DNA of 64,000 nucleotides from Bythopirellula sp. Its GTDB lineage: Bacteria; Planctomycetota; Planctomycetia; Pirellulales; Lacipirellulaceae. This document shows, in pieces, positions 9,900 through 19,548 of the stretch. The first letter of the stretch is position 1. Every line of letters starts with the position of its first letter. The stretch covers positions 3,872,001-3,936,000 of the forward strand of contig OZ244170.1 of NCBI GenBank assembly GCA_965216565.1, given 5' to 3'. The position numbers and the translations under genes are program-made. Under the pieces are notes generated by a model. That model saw nothing but the letters and a program-made list of their open reading frames with translations. It was not told the origin of the DNA and searched no databases.

Positions 9900-10979
9900 A
9901 TGAATACATCCTTGCAACGAAATAGAACTGGATCAACCTGCAACGCGTTTACGCTTGTGGAACTGCTGGTCGTCATTGCGATCATCGGTGTGTTGGTTGC
10001 GCTACTGCTCCCAGCCGTGCAATCGGCCCGCGAAGCCGCGCGACGCACCCAGTGTTTGAATAATCTAAAGAACATTGGCTTATCGTGCCTGAACTACGAA
10101 TCCGCTAGAAGCGAGTTGCCCCCCAGTAGCCTTAACGCCAGGAAAACTCAGGCGAGTGGCTTGGGTTGGCCAGTATTGATTTTGCCTTATGTAGAGCAAG
10201 CGAGTGTGAGCGAAGAGGCTGTGGAAAAATTCAGAAATAACAAGACGAACAACGCTTACGGCGCAGCATTTGACGAACTCAATCAACTGCTGCTGCCGAT
10301 GTATTTATGCCCAAGTGATCCTGAACTTAAAGAACAGGAAGAGAAATTTGGCTCGACGGCAGCCGCCAAGGCACGCAAGCCCATGAGTTATGCGGGTGTG
10401 GCAGGGTCCTACTTCGCCCGAACGGGTGAATGCGGACCAAACCAGGCCAGCGAGCACGATTGTGTTGCGAGTTCTGTGACTGGCCTTTTCGGTGCCAACA
10501 ATTACGATGGATTGATCATCCAAGGCTGGGGTGTGAAAATGAACCAGATCACCGACGGGACGAGCAATACGGCGATGCTTGGCGAGCGGACCTATCAAAT
10601 TCGCACTTGGATGATCGGTGCCTATTGGATTGGAACGACCGAACCACCTAGAACCCGTTTTACGCAGCCACTTCCCGAGGGTCCCCAGGCGAGCACCGCC
10701 CATTTCTCTAGTAAGAATTTCAGTGAATGGGGTTTGAATCACGATCCCTTCGATGGTTGTTACAAAGACCACAACAATAGCCTTGGAGATCGTCCTAAGG
10801 TTCCAGCTAGTACGCCGCGGGTCATTACTGTGAACGATTTGCCGTTTGCCAGTAATCATCCGGGTGGTGTGAATTTCGCATTCGGCGATGGCAGCGTACG
10901 ATATCTTCAAGAAGACATCGACTACGATACCTATCTAAGATTCGGATCTCGCAATGGCGACTTTATCATAAGACCTTAA
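9900..10979 (+). CDS. DUF1559 prepilin-type N-methylation domain protein
   Basis: [54 protein letters not shown] and [12 protein letters not shown] (H-X9-DG). Confidence 0.96.
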   Translation: MNTSLQRNRTGSTCNAFTLVELLVVIAIIGVLVALLLPAVQSAREAARRTQCLNNLKNIGLSCLNYESARSELPPSSLNARKTQASGLGWPVLILPYVEQASVSEEAVEKFRNNKTNNAYGAAFDELNQLLLPMYLCPSDPELKEQEEKFGSTAAAKARKPMSYAGVAGSYFARTGECGPNQASEHDCVASSVTGLFGANNYDGLIIQGWGVKMNQITDGTSNTAMLGERTYQIRTWMIGAYWIGTTEPPRTRFTQPLPEGPQASTAHFSSKNFSEWGLNHDPFDGCYKDHNNSLGDRPKVPASTPRVITVNDLPFASNHPGGVNFAFGDGSVRYLQEDIDYDTYLRFGSRNGDFIIRP

Positions 10980-10986
10980 ATCTGCC

Positions 10987-11385
10987 ATGCATCGACGAGA
11001 TTTTGAATTAGCGTTAACAAGCATAGCTTTGTCTGTGTGCTTGATGGGTTGTGCCGAGAAATCGAGCGATCCCCGTGTCACGGGTCAGGTGTCCCTACAG
11101 GGTTCTCCGCTAACGGATGCTACCCTGATGTTCTACCCGCCGAATGGTCGTGCGACGCCGGTTCCTCTTGAGAAAGACGGCACGTACAGCATTGTATTGC
11201 CACCGGGCAATTACAGGGTCGCAGTTATGCAGGGCGCAAACATGCCCGAAGATTACGAAGAGGGTGACCCAATTCCCCCGCCTGAAAATCCGGTACCGAA
11301 AAAATATTCGCGGAGGCAAGGCTCTCCGTTAGAAGCAACCGTGGCCCCCGATCAATCGGAGCCGATTGACTTTGCTCTAGAGTGA
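10987..11385 (+). CDS. Lipoprotein with carboxypeptidase-regulatory-like domain (usual DUF1559 partner)
   Basis: Lipobox LMGC, VTGQVSLQG.PL, PPGNYRV, PKKY; starts 7 bp after the DUF1559 gene. Confidence 0.85.
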   Translation: MHRRDFELALTSIALSVCLMGCAEKSSDPRVTGQVSLQGSPLTDATLMFYPPNGRATPVPLEKDGTYSIVLPPGNYRVAVMQGANMPEDYEEGDPIPPPENPVPKKYSRRQGSPLEATVAPDQSEPIDFALE

Positions 11386-11456
11386 GGAAAGTCTCTCAGT
11401 GCGTTCTCAATAGCCGGAGGCAAGTGTGCCCCCGGCCATTCTGTCATGGTTAGGCT

Positions 11457-13070
11457 CTAATCATTTGCCTCATCTGCCGGTGTTGATTCGAGCGCTGAAT
11501 CGTAGAATTCGATCAGATCGTCGCGCAGCTTTTTTAGCGACGGTTCGTGGATATACATCATGTGGCCACCCTCATAGTAGGTGAGCGAAAAGTTTTCACG
11601 CAGTTCTGGGGCCAACTCTAGATGGTCCCTCGTGTACTCCAAGGCGTGGAAGGGGGTGGCCAAGTCGTAGTACCCACAGGCCGCGAGCACTTTGAGGTAA
11701 GGATTGGTCGCCATCGCCCGGCGCAGCGTTTCTGAGGCGTTCACATAGCGATTCTGGAAACGATCGTAATTCCAAGGATGGACGTTGCCGGTGAGAATCT
11801 CATACACCCGGTCGTTGGTATATTTCAATTCTGAATAAAGGTAGTCGTTCATGGCTGACGTAAAAGGCCCAAACACGGCGGCTCCACTGGGGTCGTGCCC
11901 TGCTCTGGCGCCCACACTGTTGCGGTCGCGTCCTGTGTAGCGACTGTCGAATCGGCCTACTACCAAATCGCGATCGCGGAGCAATTCTTTGCCAAACATC
12001 GGCCCGGGCACGCGCAGTTTCGACTGCATCAGATACTGCTCGGAGAGACCCGTTAGCCTTGCCAGTTGGCCAACAATGGCGGCACGCTCCGCGGCGGGCA
12101 AGGCATCGCCTTGGATGAGTGCTGGATGATACACCTCCAAGGCAAACTGACGCGCCTCGGCAGCGACTTCTTCGACCGTCTTAGCCTGCAACTGTTCGTC
12201 CAAGGCGTTGTGGTACCAGGCCGTAGCTGCATATGTCGGCAAATACGACGCAAACGCAACATTGTTCTCGGGGCGGAAGGATAGAGTTTGGAAATCGACG
12301 ACCGCCGACAACAGCACGATTCCATTGAGGTACATGTGGTAACGCTCCTGCAGCGTACCGCTCAGCCCTGCGGCTCGCAGTCCCCCGTAGCTCTCGCCGA
12401 TGAGAAATTTTGGCGAACTCCAGCGGCCGTACTTGGTCACATAGTCGTGAATGAATTGACCAACGCTGCGGAGGTCTTCCTCGTAACCGTGAAACTGTTG
12501 CTTCTTCTCACCCTTTACGGGACGGCTGTAGCCAGTGCTTACCGGGTCGATAAACACCAGGTCAGAAACATCGAGCAGCGAGAAAGGGTTCTCGACCACG
12601 CGCGCCGGGGGTCGTACACGCGAGGCATCATCGGGCAGTCGCACGCGCTTCGGGCCCAACGCTCCTAGATGCAACCATACGGAGGAAGATCCCGGCCCGC
12701 CATTGAAACAAAATGTGAGGGGCCGTTTGCTGACATCATCGACGTCGTCTTTAGTGTAGGCGACGAAAAACACATGAGCTTTGTCCTTCACGCCGTCTTC
12801 TTCCAGCAGCATTTGCCGGGCGGTTGCGGTATACGCTATCTCTTTGCCATCGATCGTTGCCGTATGTTTGGTAATGGAGGGCTTGGGCGGTTCGTCCTCA
12901 TCCTCGGAATCGTTCTTCTTGTCGGCTTCACTCTTCGAAGCTTTGGAGTCTGCTTGTGCCTCTGAGCTCTTCGTTTCAGTTTTGTCCTCGTCAATCTCAT
13001 GCGCACAGACTTGCAGTGAGCAGGTCAGGACTAGAAAACAACAGAGGGAAACAACCAGGGTGCGCAGCAT
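11457..13070 (-). CDS. Secreted serine carboxypeptidase, S10 family
   Basis: FNGGPGSSS, FIDPVSTGYS, GESYGG nucleophile motif, YDLATP, GHMMY. Confidence 0.95.
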   Translation of the reverse strand: MLRTLVVSLCCFLVLTCSLQVCAHEIDEDKTETKSSEAQADSKASKSEADKKNDSEDEDEPPKPSITKHTATIDGKEIAYTATARQMLLEEDGVKDKAHVFFVAYTKDDVDDVSKRPLTFCFNGGPGSSSVWLHLGALGPKRVRLPDDASRVRPPARVVENPFSLLDVSDLVFIDPVSTGYSRPVKGEKKQQFHGYEEDLRSVGQFIHDYVTKYGRWSSPKFLIGESYGGLRAAGLSGTLQERYHMYLNGIVLLSAVVDFQTLSFRPENNVAFASYLPTYAATAWYHNALDEQLQAKTVEEVAAEARQFALEVYHPALIQGDALPAAERAAIVGQLARLTGLSEQYLMQSKLRVPGPMFGKELLRDRDLVVGRFDSRYTGRDRNSVGARAGHDPSGAAVFGPFTSAMNDYLYSELKYTNDRVYEILTGNVHPWNYDRFQNRYVNASETLRRAMATNPYLKVLAACGYYDLATPFHALEYTRDHLELAPELRENFSLTYYEGGHMMYIHEPSLKKLRDDLIEFYDSALESTPADEAND

Positions 13071-13163
13071 AGCTAGATTCTCGGCGGGTCCGAAGTCGGT
13101 GGGAGCCTTTATTGTACCATCGAGAAATCGGGGCACCAAACTGAGCAGTTATGGCGATTGCCC

Positions 13164-13934
13164 TCAGCGTCGACACTTGCGTTTAATCAACCGCGGTTTG
13201 CATTTGGGACAGCACCGCTTTGGTTGGCAAGTTTGCGGTTGAGACGAGACACTCGCGCCTGAGTCAGCGGCGAGCGGCGAGGGTGTGTTGGCACCAGACG
13301 AAGGCAGCTTGATACGTATGTTTCGGTAGTAGACGGTGCTGCCTGGGTCGTGAGCCTGCAGTGCAATGGTGCCACTGGAGAGTTTTCGATGAGGCCGATC
13401 TTCGGGCGGTTGGACATCCTCGGGTTCAGTGTATTCATTGACGGTCTCTCCATTGACCTTCACAGTAATATCCTGGCCGCGAACGATCACGTGGTAGTCG
13501 AACCACTCATTGTCTTCGGCGGGTGCTTCGCGGACATCCTTGACGTTGTAAATCGATCCCGTCTTGCGCCAATCACCGTGCGTTGCGTTCACTTGCGCTT
13601 CGTAGCCATGATTGGGCCAGCCTTCTTCCTGGTACTGGGTGTGGAAGAAAATGCCGGAATTGGAGCCGGGCTTGGTCTTCACTTCCAGCTTCAATTCAAA
13701 GTCGTCGAAGTCGTGATTACCTACCGAGCCACTGTAGAAAAGATGACTGCGCTCTCCACCGACCACAATCAGTCCGTCTTCCACTCTGCACGAATCCTTG
13801 TTTTCGCTAGCGGTCCAACCCTCGAGCGACTTGCCATCGAACAGCGGAATCCAACCGGAATCGGCCACCGAATCCGTACTATGCCAGGAGAGCGAAAGGA
13901 ACAAAACAAGTGGGAGACATAGCAGGCGAATCAT
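13164..13934 (-). CDS. DUF1080 (3-keto-glycoside hydrolase-like) secreted protein with Cys/Lys-rich tail
   Basis: LFDGKSLEGW, NSGIFF, GYEAQV, GTIALQAHD, YYRNIRIK. Confidence 0.92.
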   Translation of the reverse strand: MIRLLCLPLVLFLSLSWHSTDSVADSGWIPLFDGKSLEGWTASENKDSCRVEDGLIVVGGERSHLFYSGSVGNHDFDDFELKLEVKTKPGSNSGIFFHTQYQEEGWPNHGYEAQVNATHGDWRKTGSIYNVKDVREAPAEDNEWFDYHVIVRGQDITVKVNGETVNEYTEPEDVQPPEDRPHRKLSSGTIALQAHDPGSTVYYRNIRIKLPSSGANTPSPLAADSGASVSSQPQTCQPKRCCPKCKPRLIKRKCRR

Positions 13935-14005
13935 AGTTCTTTGGTCCAGGTTCGAGAAAAACGGTCACGAAAAATCGAATGTGGTGTTAAGCCAAGCCTA
14001 ATCCC

Positions 14006-14021
14006 TGGCTATCCAGTTGCA
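14006..14021 (+). promoter_or_regulatory. Possible sigma54-type promoter
   Basis: TGGCTATCCAGTTGCA has correct GG-N10-GC spacing and lies about 100 bp upstream of 14118; weaker match at -24. Confidence 0.4.
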
Positions 14022-14117
14022 AGTGGCGATTTTCCGAATGGCTAGTCTGCGGCGCGGCATTGGCTTATGATTCCCCATTGACGCCACATATTGCTCATTC
14101 TTAGAGGAACTATCGTC

Positions 14118-15437
14118 ATGAAGTGCACGATTTGGTCGTTGGTATCTGGCTGCTTGTGGTTGGTGATTAGCTTGCCCGTCGGTGCGGTCGATTGGCCGCA
14201 ATGGATGGGTCCTGGCCGCGACAATGTGTGGCAGGAAACGGGATTGATTGAGAAGTTTCCCGAGGGTGGTCCCCCGATCGTTTGGCAGACGAAAGTTGCT
14301 GGCGGCTATGCCGGTCCCGCCGTGGCCAGTGGAAAAGTCCTTGTTGCCGACTATGTGACTGCCGACGATGTGAAGGTCGCGAATTTCGAACGTGAAGAAT
14401 CGACCGGTACAGAACGAGTCCTGTGCCTGGATGAGTCTACCGGAGAGGTATTGTGGAAGCACGAATACTCGGTGAAGTACACCATCTCCTACCCTGCCGG
14501 GCCGCGTTGCACACCGACCGTTCATGAGGGCAAGGTATACACACTTGGTGCCGAAGGGCATTTGTTTTGCTTAGATACCGAGTCGGGTGACGTCCTGTGG
14601 TCGAAGAACTTTCCGGAAGACTATGGGGCGAAGACATCGTTATGGGGCTATGCCGGTTCGCCGTTGGTGGATGGCAACAAGCTAATCTGCGTCGTTGGTG
14701 GAGCAGGTAGCCATGTTGTGGCCTTCGACTTGGCCACGGGTGAAGAGATCTGGAAGAACATCTCAGCCAGCGATCAGGGCTACTCGCCCCCCACGATCAT
14801 AGAGGCCGCAGGAGTGCGGCAACTCATCCTGTTGCGGCCCGATGCCTTTACTTCCGTCGATCCCGAGACGGGCAAGGAATATTGGTCGGTGCCTTACGCG
14901 GCAACTAGTGGCTCGATCATCATGTCGCCGGTGGTGATGGGCGACTATCTCTATGGCGGCGGTTACAACAAGCAAAGCCTGCTAGTAAAACTCACCGCCG
15001 ATCCCCCGGGTGCTGAGGTGGTTTGGGGGAACAAGTCGAAGCACGGCGTCTCGCCGGTCAACGTCCAACCGATAGTGATTGGCGAAACCATGTACGGCGT
15101 TGATGGCAGCGGCGAGATGATGGCGGTATCGCTCCCCAGTGGCGAGCGAATTTGGAAGTCGACTGAGCCAATCAGTGGTGGCCGACCCCAGAGCAGTGGC
15201 ACAGCATTTCTCGTGCGTCAGGACGATCGATTCTGGTTATTCAACGAACTGGGCGAATTGATTATCGCCCGTCTGACGCCCGAGGGGTACGAAGAGATCG
15301 ATCGCACGAAGTTACTCGAGCCCACGAACAATGCATTCGGTCGCGACGTGCTCTGGTGCATGCCGGCTTTTGCCAACAAGCGGATGTATGTTCGCAATGA
15401 CGAGGTGTGCATTTGCGTCGACCTCGCGGCACAGTGA
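14118..15437 (+). CDS. Secreted PQQ-binding-like beta-propeller repeat protein
   Basis: DWPQWMGPGRD, GYAGPAVA, GPRCTP, repeated LD..TG...W, PAFAN.RMYVRN. Confidence 0.93.
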   Translation: MKCTIWSLVSGCLWLVISLPVGAVDWPQWMGPGRDNVWQETGLIEKFPEGGPPIVWQTKVAGGYAGPAVASGKVLVADYVTADDVKVANFEREESTGTERVLCLDESTGEVLWKHEYSVKYTISYPAGPRCTPTVHEGKVYTLGAEGHLFCLDTESGDVLWSKNFPEDYGAKTSLWGYAGSPLVDGNKLICVVGGAGSHVVAFDLATGEEIWKNISASDQGYSPPTIIEAAGVRQLILLRPDAFTSVDPETGKEYWSVPYAATSGSIIMSPVVMGDYLYGGGYNKQSLLVKLTADPPGAEVVWGNKSKHGVSPVNVQPIVIGETMYGVDGSGEMMAVSLPSGERIWKSTEPISGGRPQSSGTAFLVRQDDRFWLFNELGELIIARLTPEGYEEIDRTKLLEPTNNAFGRDVLWCMPAFANKRMYVRNDEVCICVDLAAQ

Positions 15438-15481
15438 GATTCGGAACCGTTGCATTCGATGAGTTTGCTAGGAGTTGCACC

Positions 15482-16801
15482 ATGCAGAGAACGATTCTGG
15501 CTCTAATCATCAACTTCTGCCTCGTGACGCTGGCATATGCAGACGATTGGCCACAGTGGCTTGGGCCCCAACGGGACGCGGTGTGGCGAGAAGAGGGCAT
15601 CGTTGATGCGATTCCTTCTGAAGGTCTGCCCATTAAGTGGCGTATGCCGGTCGGACTTGGTTACAGTGGCCCAGCGGTCGCCGATGGCCGCGTGTTCGTG
15701 ATGGACTACCAGAGCGAGAGTGGCGAAGTGGCCAATAGTCCTGGCGGAGTGACGAAGCTCACCGGCAAAGAACGCGTGTTGTGCTTCGACGCAAAAACGG
15801 GCGAACCATTGTGGGAGTATGCCTACGATCAACCGTACGGGATCTCCTATGCAGGGGGGCCGCGGTGTAAGCCAACTATCAGCGATGGCAAGGTTTATGC
15901 GTTGGGAGCCGAGGGACGATTTTCGTGTCTGGACGCAGGGACGGGTAAAAAGATTTGGGATGTGCTGCTCACCAAGGCGTATAACACCAAGACAGCGATT
16001 TGGGGTTATGCCTCGCATCCGCTTGTGGATGGTGATCTGGTATTCACGCTAGCAGGTGGCGAAGGGTCTGTTTGTGTTGCGCTTAACAAAAGCGATGGCA
16101 AAGAGGCGTGGACCGCCCTCTCAGCACCGGAGCCTGGTTACGGCTCGCCGACAATGATCGAACACGCGGGCGTGAAACAACTTTTGATTTGGCACCCACT
16201 ATCGATGAACAGTCTCGATCCCACGTCAGGGGAAGTCTATTGGTCGATCCCATTACGGCCAAATTTCGGCATGTCGATCATGGGCCCACGCAAATTGGGT
16301 AGCTACCTCTACGCTAGTGCCATCGGTAATATCTCGGCACTGATTGAGTTGGACGACACACAACCCGCTGCGGATATTAAATGGCGGGGCAAGGCCAAGA
16401 ATAGCGTTTACTGTTCCAATAGCACACCGTTCTTAGAAGACGGGATGATCTATGGGTGTGACGTGGAGTCGGGCGCGTTGATGGGTGTGCGAATCGAGGA
16501 TGGCACGCGGCTGTGGCAGACTACCAAGGCCGTGAATAACTTGCAGCGCCGTTCACGGCACGGCACGGCATTTATCATCAAACATCAGGATCGTTTTTTG
16601 TTATTCAACGAAATCGGCGATCTGATATTTGCCCGGCTATCGCCAGACGGCTATTCAGAGGAAGGTCGATTCCATGTTTTGGAACCGACCAACGAAGCGT
16701 TCGGTCGCCCAGTTGTCTGGTCGTGCCCTGCCTTTGCGGGACAGGCGATGTATGCCCGCAACGACAAAGAACTGGTGTGCGTCGATCTCGCGGCGCAGTG
16801 A
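15482..16801 (+). CDS. Secreted PQQ-binding-like beta-propeller repeat protein (tandem paralog)
   Basis: DWPQWLGPQRD and GYSGPAVADG; collinear with the upstream gene; both end CVDLAAQ. Confidence 0.93.
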   Translation: MQRTILALIINFCLVTLAYADDWPQWLGPQRDAVWREEGIVDAIPSEGLPIKWRMPVGLGYSGPAVADGRVFVMDYQSESGEVANSPGGVTKLTGKERVLCFDAKTGEPLWEYAYDQPYGISYAGGPRCKPTISDGKVYALGAEGRFSCLDAGTGKKIWDVLLTKAYNTKTAIWGYASHPLVDGDLVFTLAGGEGSVCVALNKSDGKEAWTALSAPEPGYGSPTMIEHAGVKQLLIWHPLSMNSLDPTSGEVYWSIPLRPNFGMSIMGPRKLGSYLYASAIGNISALIELDDTQPAADIKWRGKAKNSVYCSNSTPFLEDGMIYGCDVESGALMGVRIEDGTRLWQTTKAVNNLQRRSRHGTAFIIKHQDRFLLFNEIGDLIFARLSPDGYSEEGRFHVLEPTNEAFGRPVVWSCPAFAGQAMYARNDKELVCVDLAAQ

Positions 16802-16814
16802 GGTAAAGCAAGCG

Positions 16815-17609
16815 ATGAAGAGCATGCGGATCGGAATAGCGGCTAGCTTCGCATGTCTAGCAGCATGTTTTGCGATCGTGGAAACTTCTGCGGAACCGTC
16901 CTCGGATTGGATTCAGCTATTCAACGGACGAGATCTGGAAGGCTGGACGCCGAAGTTCGCTGGTCATCCGTTGGGAGAGAATTGTCGATACACGTTCCGC
17001 GTAGAAGACGGTGTGCTCAAGGTTCTCTACGACCACTACCAATCGTTCGACGACAAGTATGGCCATCTTTTCTACAAAGAGGCATTCTCCAATTATGTGT
17101 TGCGGGCTGAGTATCGCGTGGTTGGTGAGCAAATCAAGGGCGGCCCTGAATGGGCAATTCGAAATAACGGGTTGATGATTCACGGGCAATCGCCTGAGTC
17201 GATGAGGCTAGACCAAGCTTTTCCTGTTTGCGCAGAAATGCAACTGCTGGGCGGCAATGGGACCGATCATCGCACCACCGGCAATCTTTGTACGCCGGGC
17301 ACTAACGTGGTACTCAATGGCACGCTCGATCAACGGCATTGCATCAACTCCCACTCCAAGACATTCCACGGCGATCAATGGGTAACGGCCGAGGTGGAAG
17401 TCCACGGCAGTGGTCTCGTCCGTCATAAAATTAACGGTGAGGTGGTAATGGAGTATGACCAAATACAATATGACCCCAGTGATGCCGACGCCAAGAAACT
17501 TATGAGCGACGATGAAAAGCTGATTTTCTCTGGCACCATCTCTATCCAAGCTGAGAGTCACCCCTTTGAGTTTAGAAAGATCGAGCTGCGCCGCCTGAAA
17601 ACCCCGTAA
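16815..17609 (+). CDS. DUF1080 (3-keto-glycoside hydrolase-like) secreted protein
   Basis: GAGG RBS, signal peptide, LFNGRDLEGW, RNNGLMIH, ISIQAESHP.EFRKIEL. Confidence 0.92.
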   Translation: MKSMRIGIAASFACLAACFAIVETSAEPSSDWIQLFNGRDLEGWTPKFAGHPLGENCRYTFRVEDGVLKVLYDHYQSFDDKYGHLFYKEAFSNYVLRAEYRVVGEQIKGGPEWAIRNNGLMIHGQSPESMRLDQAFPVCAEMQLLGGNGTDHRTTGNLCTPGTNVVLNGTLDQRHCINSHSKTFHGDQWVTAEVEVHGSGLVRHKINGEVVMEYDQIQYDPSDADAKKLMSDDEKLIFSGTISIQAESHPFEFRKIELRRLKTP

Positions 17610-17864
17610 TTGCCAGTCACGGAGTGCAGATCGCTTTCTTCAAGGAGCTGAAGAGTCCTAAGTGCCTTATCTGCTGAATTTTAGGCGAAATTCGTTGACA
17701 CTCTCCCCGGTCCTAATCAACGTGGAAATAGCGGGTCGTAACGGTTGAAATTGCTGTAGGAATTACAGGGATTCTTAGGGCAGCCGTCTGTAGTGGGCCC
17801 CGCAGCGTGACTTCTGCTCTCAAATCTGGGGGTGTTTTTCTTAGTTCATTGGGGAGTTTCTACG

Positions 17865-18338
17865 ATGATGCGAATTCTAACTGTTGCCTTGGTGGCTATT
17901 TCGATGGTGACCTTGGCCGGGGTGGCTCAGGCCGACCAAAGCCGACCTAGCCAATCGACACTTAGTGCCATGGGTCTGTCCGGAATGCAAGTGATGAGCG
18001 ATAGCCAAGCACTCGAGGTGCGCGGCATGGGCTATTACCAACCGTACAACAAAAAGGGTGTCGCGATTGCCTACGGCAAGTCCTACGCCCACGTGCAAGG
18101 CAAAGGCGCTAGCGCAGGTAGCAAAGACGGCTTCTATGCCGAAGGTCGGCACGTTGCCGGTGGCAAGCATGGTTCGAAAGCCAAGATTGTGATTGTCGTA
18201 AAGAAGGGCAAGCGTCACGGTGGCGGTGGTCCTCAGCCTTACGCTGGTGGCGGCGGCGGAGGAGGCCACAAGGGTGGCAAGAAGGTGAAATCCGTCACGG
18301 TTTACGCCGGCGGATACTCGGTTGCTTACACCAAGTAG
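17865..18338 (+). CDS. Secreted Gly/Lys/Tyr-rich low-complexity protein
   Basis: GGGGAG RBS, signal peptide ending AQA, LSAMGLSGMQVMSDSQALEVRG segment, strong downstream terminator. Confidence 0.85.
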   Translation: MMRILTVALVAISMVTLAGVAQADQSRPSQSTLSAMGLSGMQVMSDSQALEVRGMGYYQPYNKKGVAIAYGKSYAHVQGKGASAGSKDGFYAEGRHVAGGKHGSKAKIVIVVKKGKRHGGGGPQPYAGGGGGGGHKGGKKVKSVTVYAGGYSVAYTK

Positions 18339-18363
18339 TTCACCGTTTAGAAACGACAAATGA

Positions 18364-18399
18364 GAACAGGGCCGGTGCAAAATGCGCCGGCCCTGTTTT
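18364..18399. terminator. Intrinsic terminator between convergent genes
   Basis: AACAGGGCCGGTGCA-AAA-TGCGCCGGCCCTGTTTT stem with a U-tail. Confidence 0.85.
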
Positions 18400-18438
18400 G
18401 TAAAACGATAAAAATGTTTGCGTCTTCTTTGCTATCGC

Positions 18439-19236
18439 TCAGTCGTCGCTGTTCATATCGACGTCCACCAGAAAATCGCCACGAAGAAAATTCCGACCCA
18501 GCAACAACGGATAGTCCATGCCGTTGCGGTCGTTGAGAGTTACCAGTACTTCCTTCTCAAGGCCCTTCCAGCGGAAGGTGAGTGGCACCTTATACCGGCG
18601 CTCGCGGTCGCCGGAGGTTTTAATAATGACGTAGCTGTCGATCCGACGATCCAGCCAGCCTGTTTTGTTTCCACCATTGTTCACTTTGAATCGAATCACT
18701 TTGCCCACATTGGCCTTCCAGCCCTTCTCTTCGTCAACGATTTCCATCTCTTCGACGTGCAAGGAGCAGCTTTTCGCTCCTGTATCGACTCTTGCTTTAA
18801 AGAGCAATCCACTTTGTTTTTCTAGAATGTCAGCGGTGGCACCGATCACCCGCTTTTTCTTCTCCGGTGGTTTTTCTTTGGGATCTTCACCCGGCCCATC
18901 CTCGGAGTCCTCATCGACAGAGGGCTTGGGTTTTTCTTCCTTTTCGATGTCTCCGCCGTCCTCGACCTCTGCTTCGGCTTCCTCGGCGTCTTCGACCGAC
19001 TCTGGCTCGTCGGATTCTAAATCTGCGGATTTGTCCTCCTCAGACTTCTTAGGCGGGGATTCTTCCTGATCTGGTGTGTCGCTGAGCTCAGCGACTGGAT
19101 CGGCGATTGCAGCAATCGGATCCTCAGCTGCGACGCTGGGCACCAGCTCCTGCCTTGACGAAAACAACATGCAGGCGACTACTACCGCGGCGGTACCCCA
19201 CCACGCAATACGCCCAAACCCCTGATTTGCAATCAC
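18439..19236 (-). CDS. Exported retropepsin-like protease (RimK-associated 'Zn_protease' family) with acidic linker
   Basis: ARVDTGA catalytic motif, ERRYKV, EVLVTLNDR..M.YPLLLGRNFL; N-terminal hydrophobic anchor and a D/E/P/K-rich linker. Confidence 0.9.
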   Translation of the reverse strand: MIANQGFGRIAWWGTAAVVVACMLFSSRQELVPSVAAEDPIAAIADPVAELSDTPDQEESPPKKSEEDKSADLESDEPESVEDAEEAEAEVEDGGDIEKEEKPKPSVDEDSEDGPGEDPKEKPPEKKKRVIGATADILEKQSGLLFKARVDTGAKSCSLHVEEMEIVDEEKGWKANVGKVIRFKVNNGGNKTGWLDRRIDSYVIIKTSGDRERRYKVPLTFRWKGLEKEVLVTLNDRNGMDYPLLLGRNFLRGDFLVDVDMNSDD

Positions 19237-19548
19237 GAATAACTCTCCCTACAACCTGCCACTCTGGTCACACAAAATCTCACGCTTCTCCGAGCCCTAT
19301 ATTGTCTGTCATAGCAATCGGAAATGGAACTAGGTGGGGGTACAGATGCGTCGAAAATCGAGGATTTGCGATCCCACACCGGGACACCGGACGAGTTATA
19401 ATAGCTAGATTGGGGGTAGATAGAAGCCCTCCGGTCTCCTTGCTTCAGAGTGGGCGATCGACGTTTCGTCGCCCCAAACTGAGCCTGGATCCCGCCTTAA
19501 GACATTCCCCGATTATCTAATTCTTGGATTGGACACGGATTTACAACT

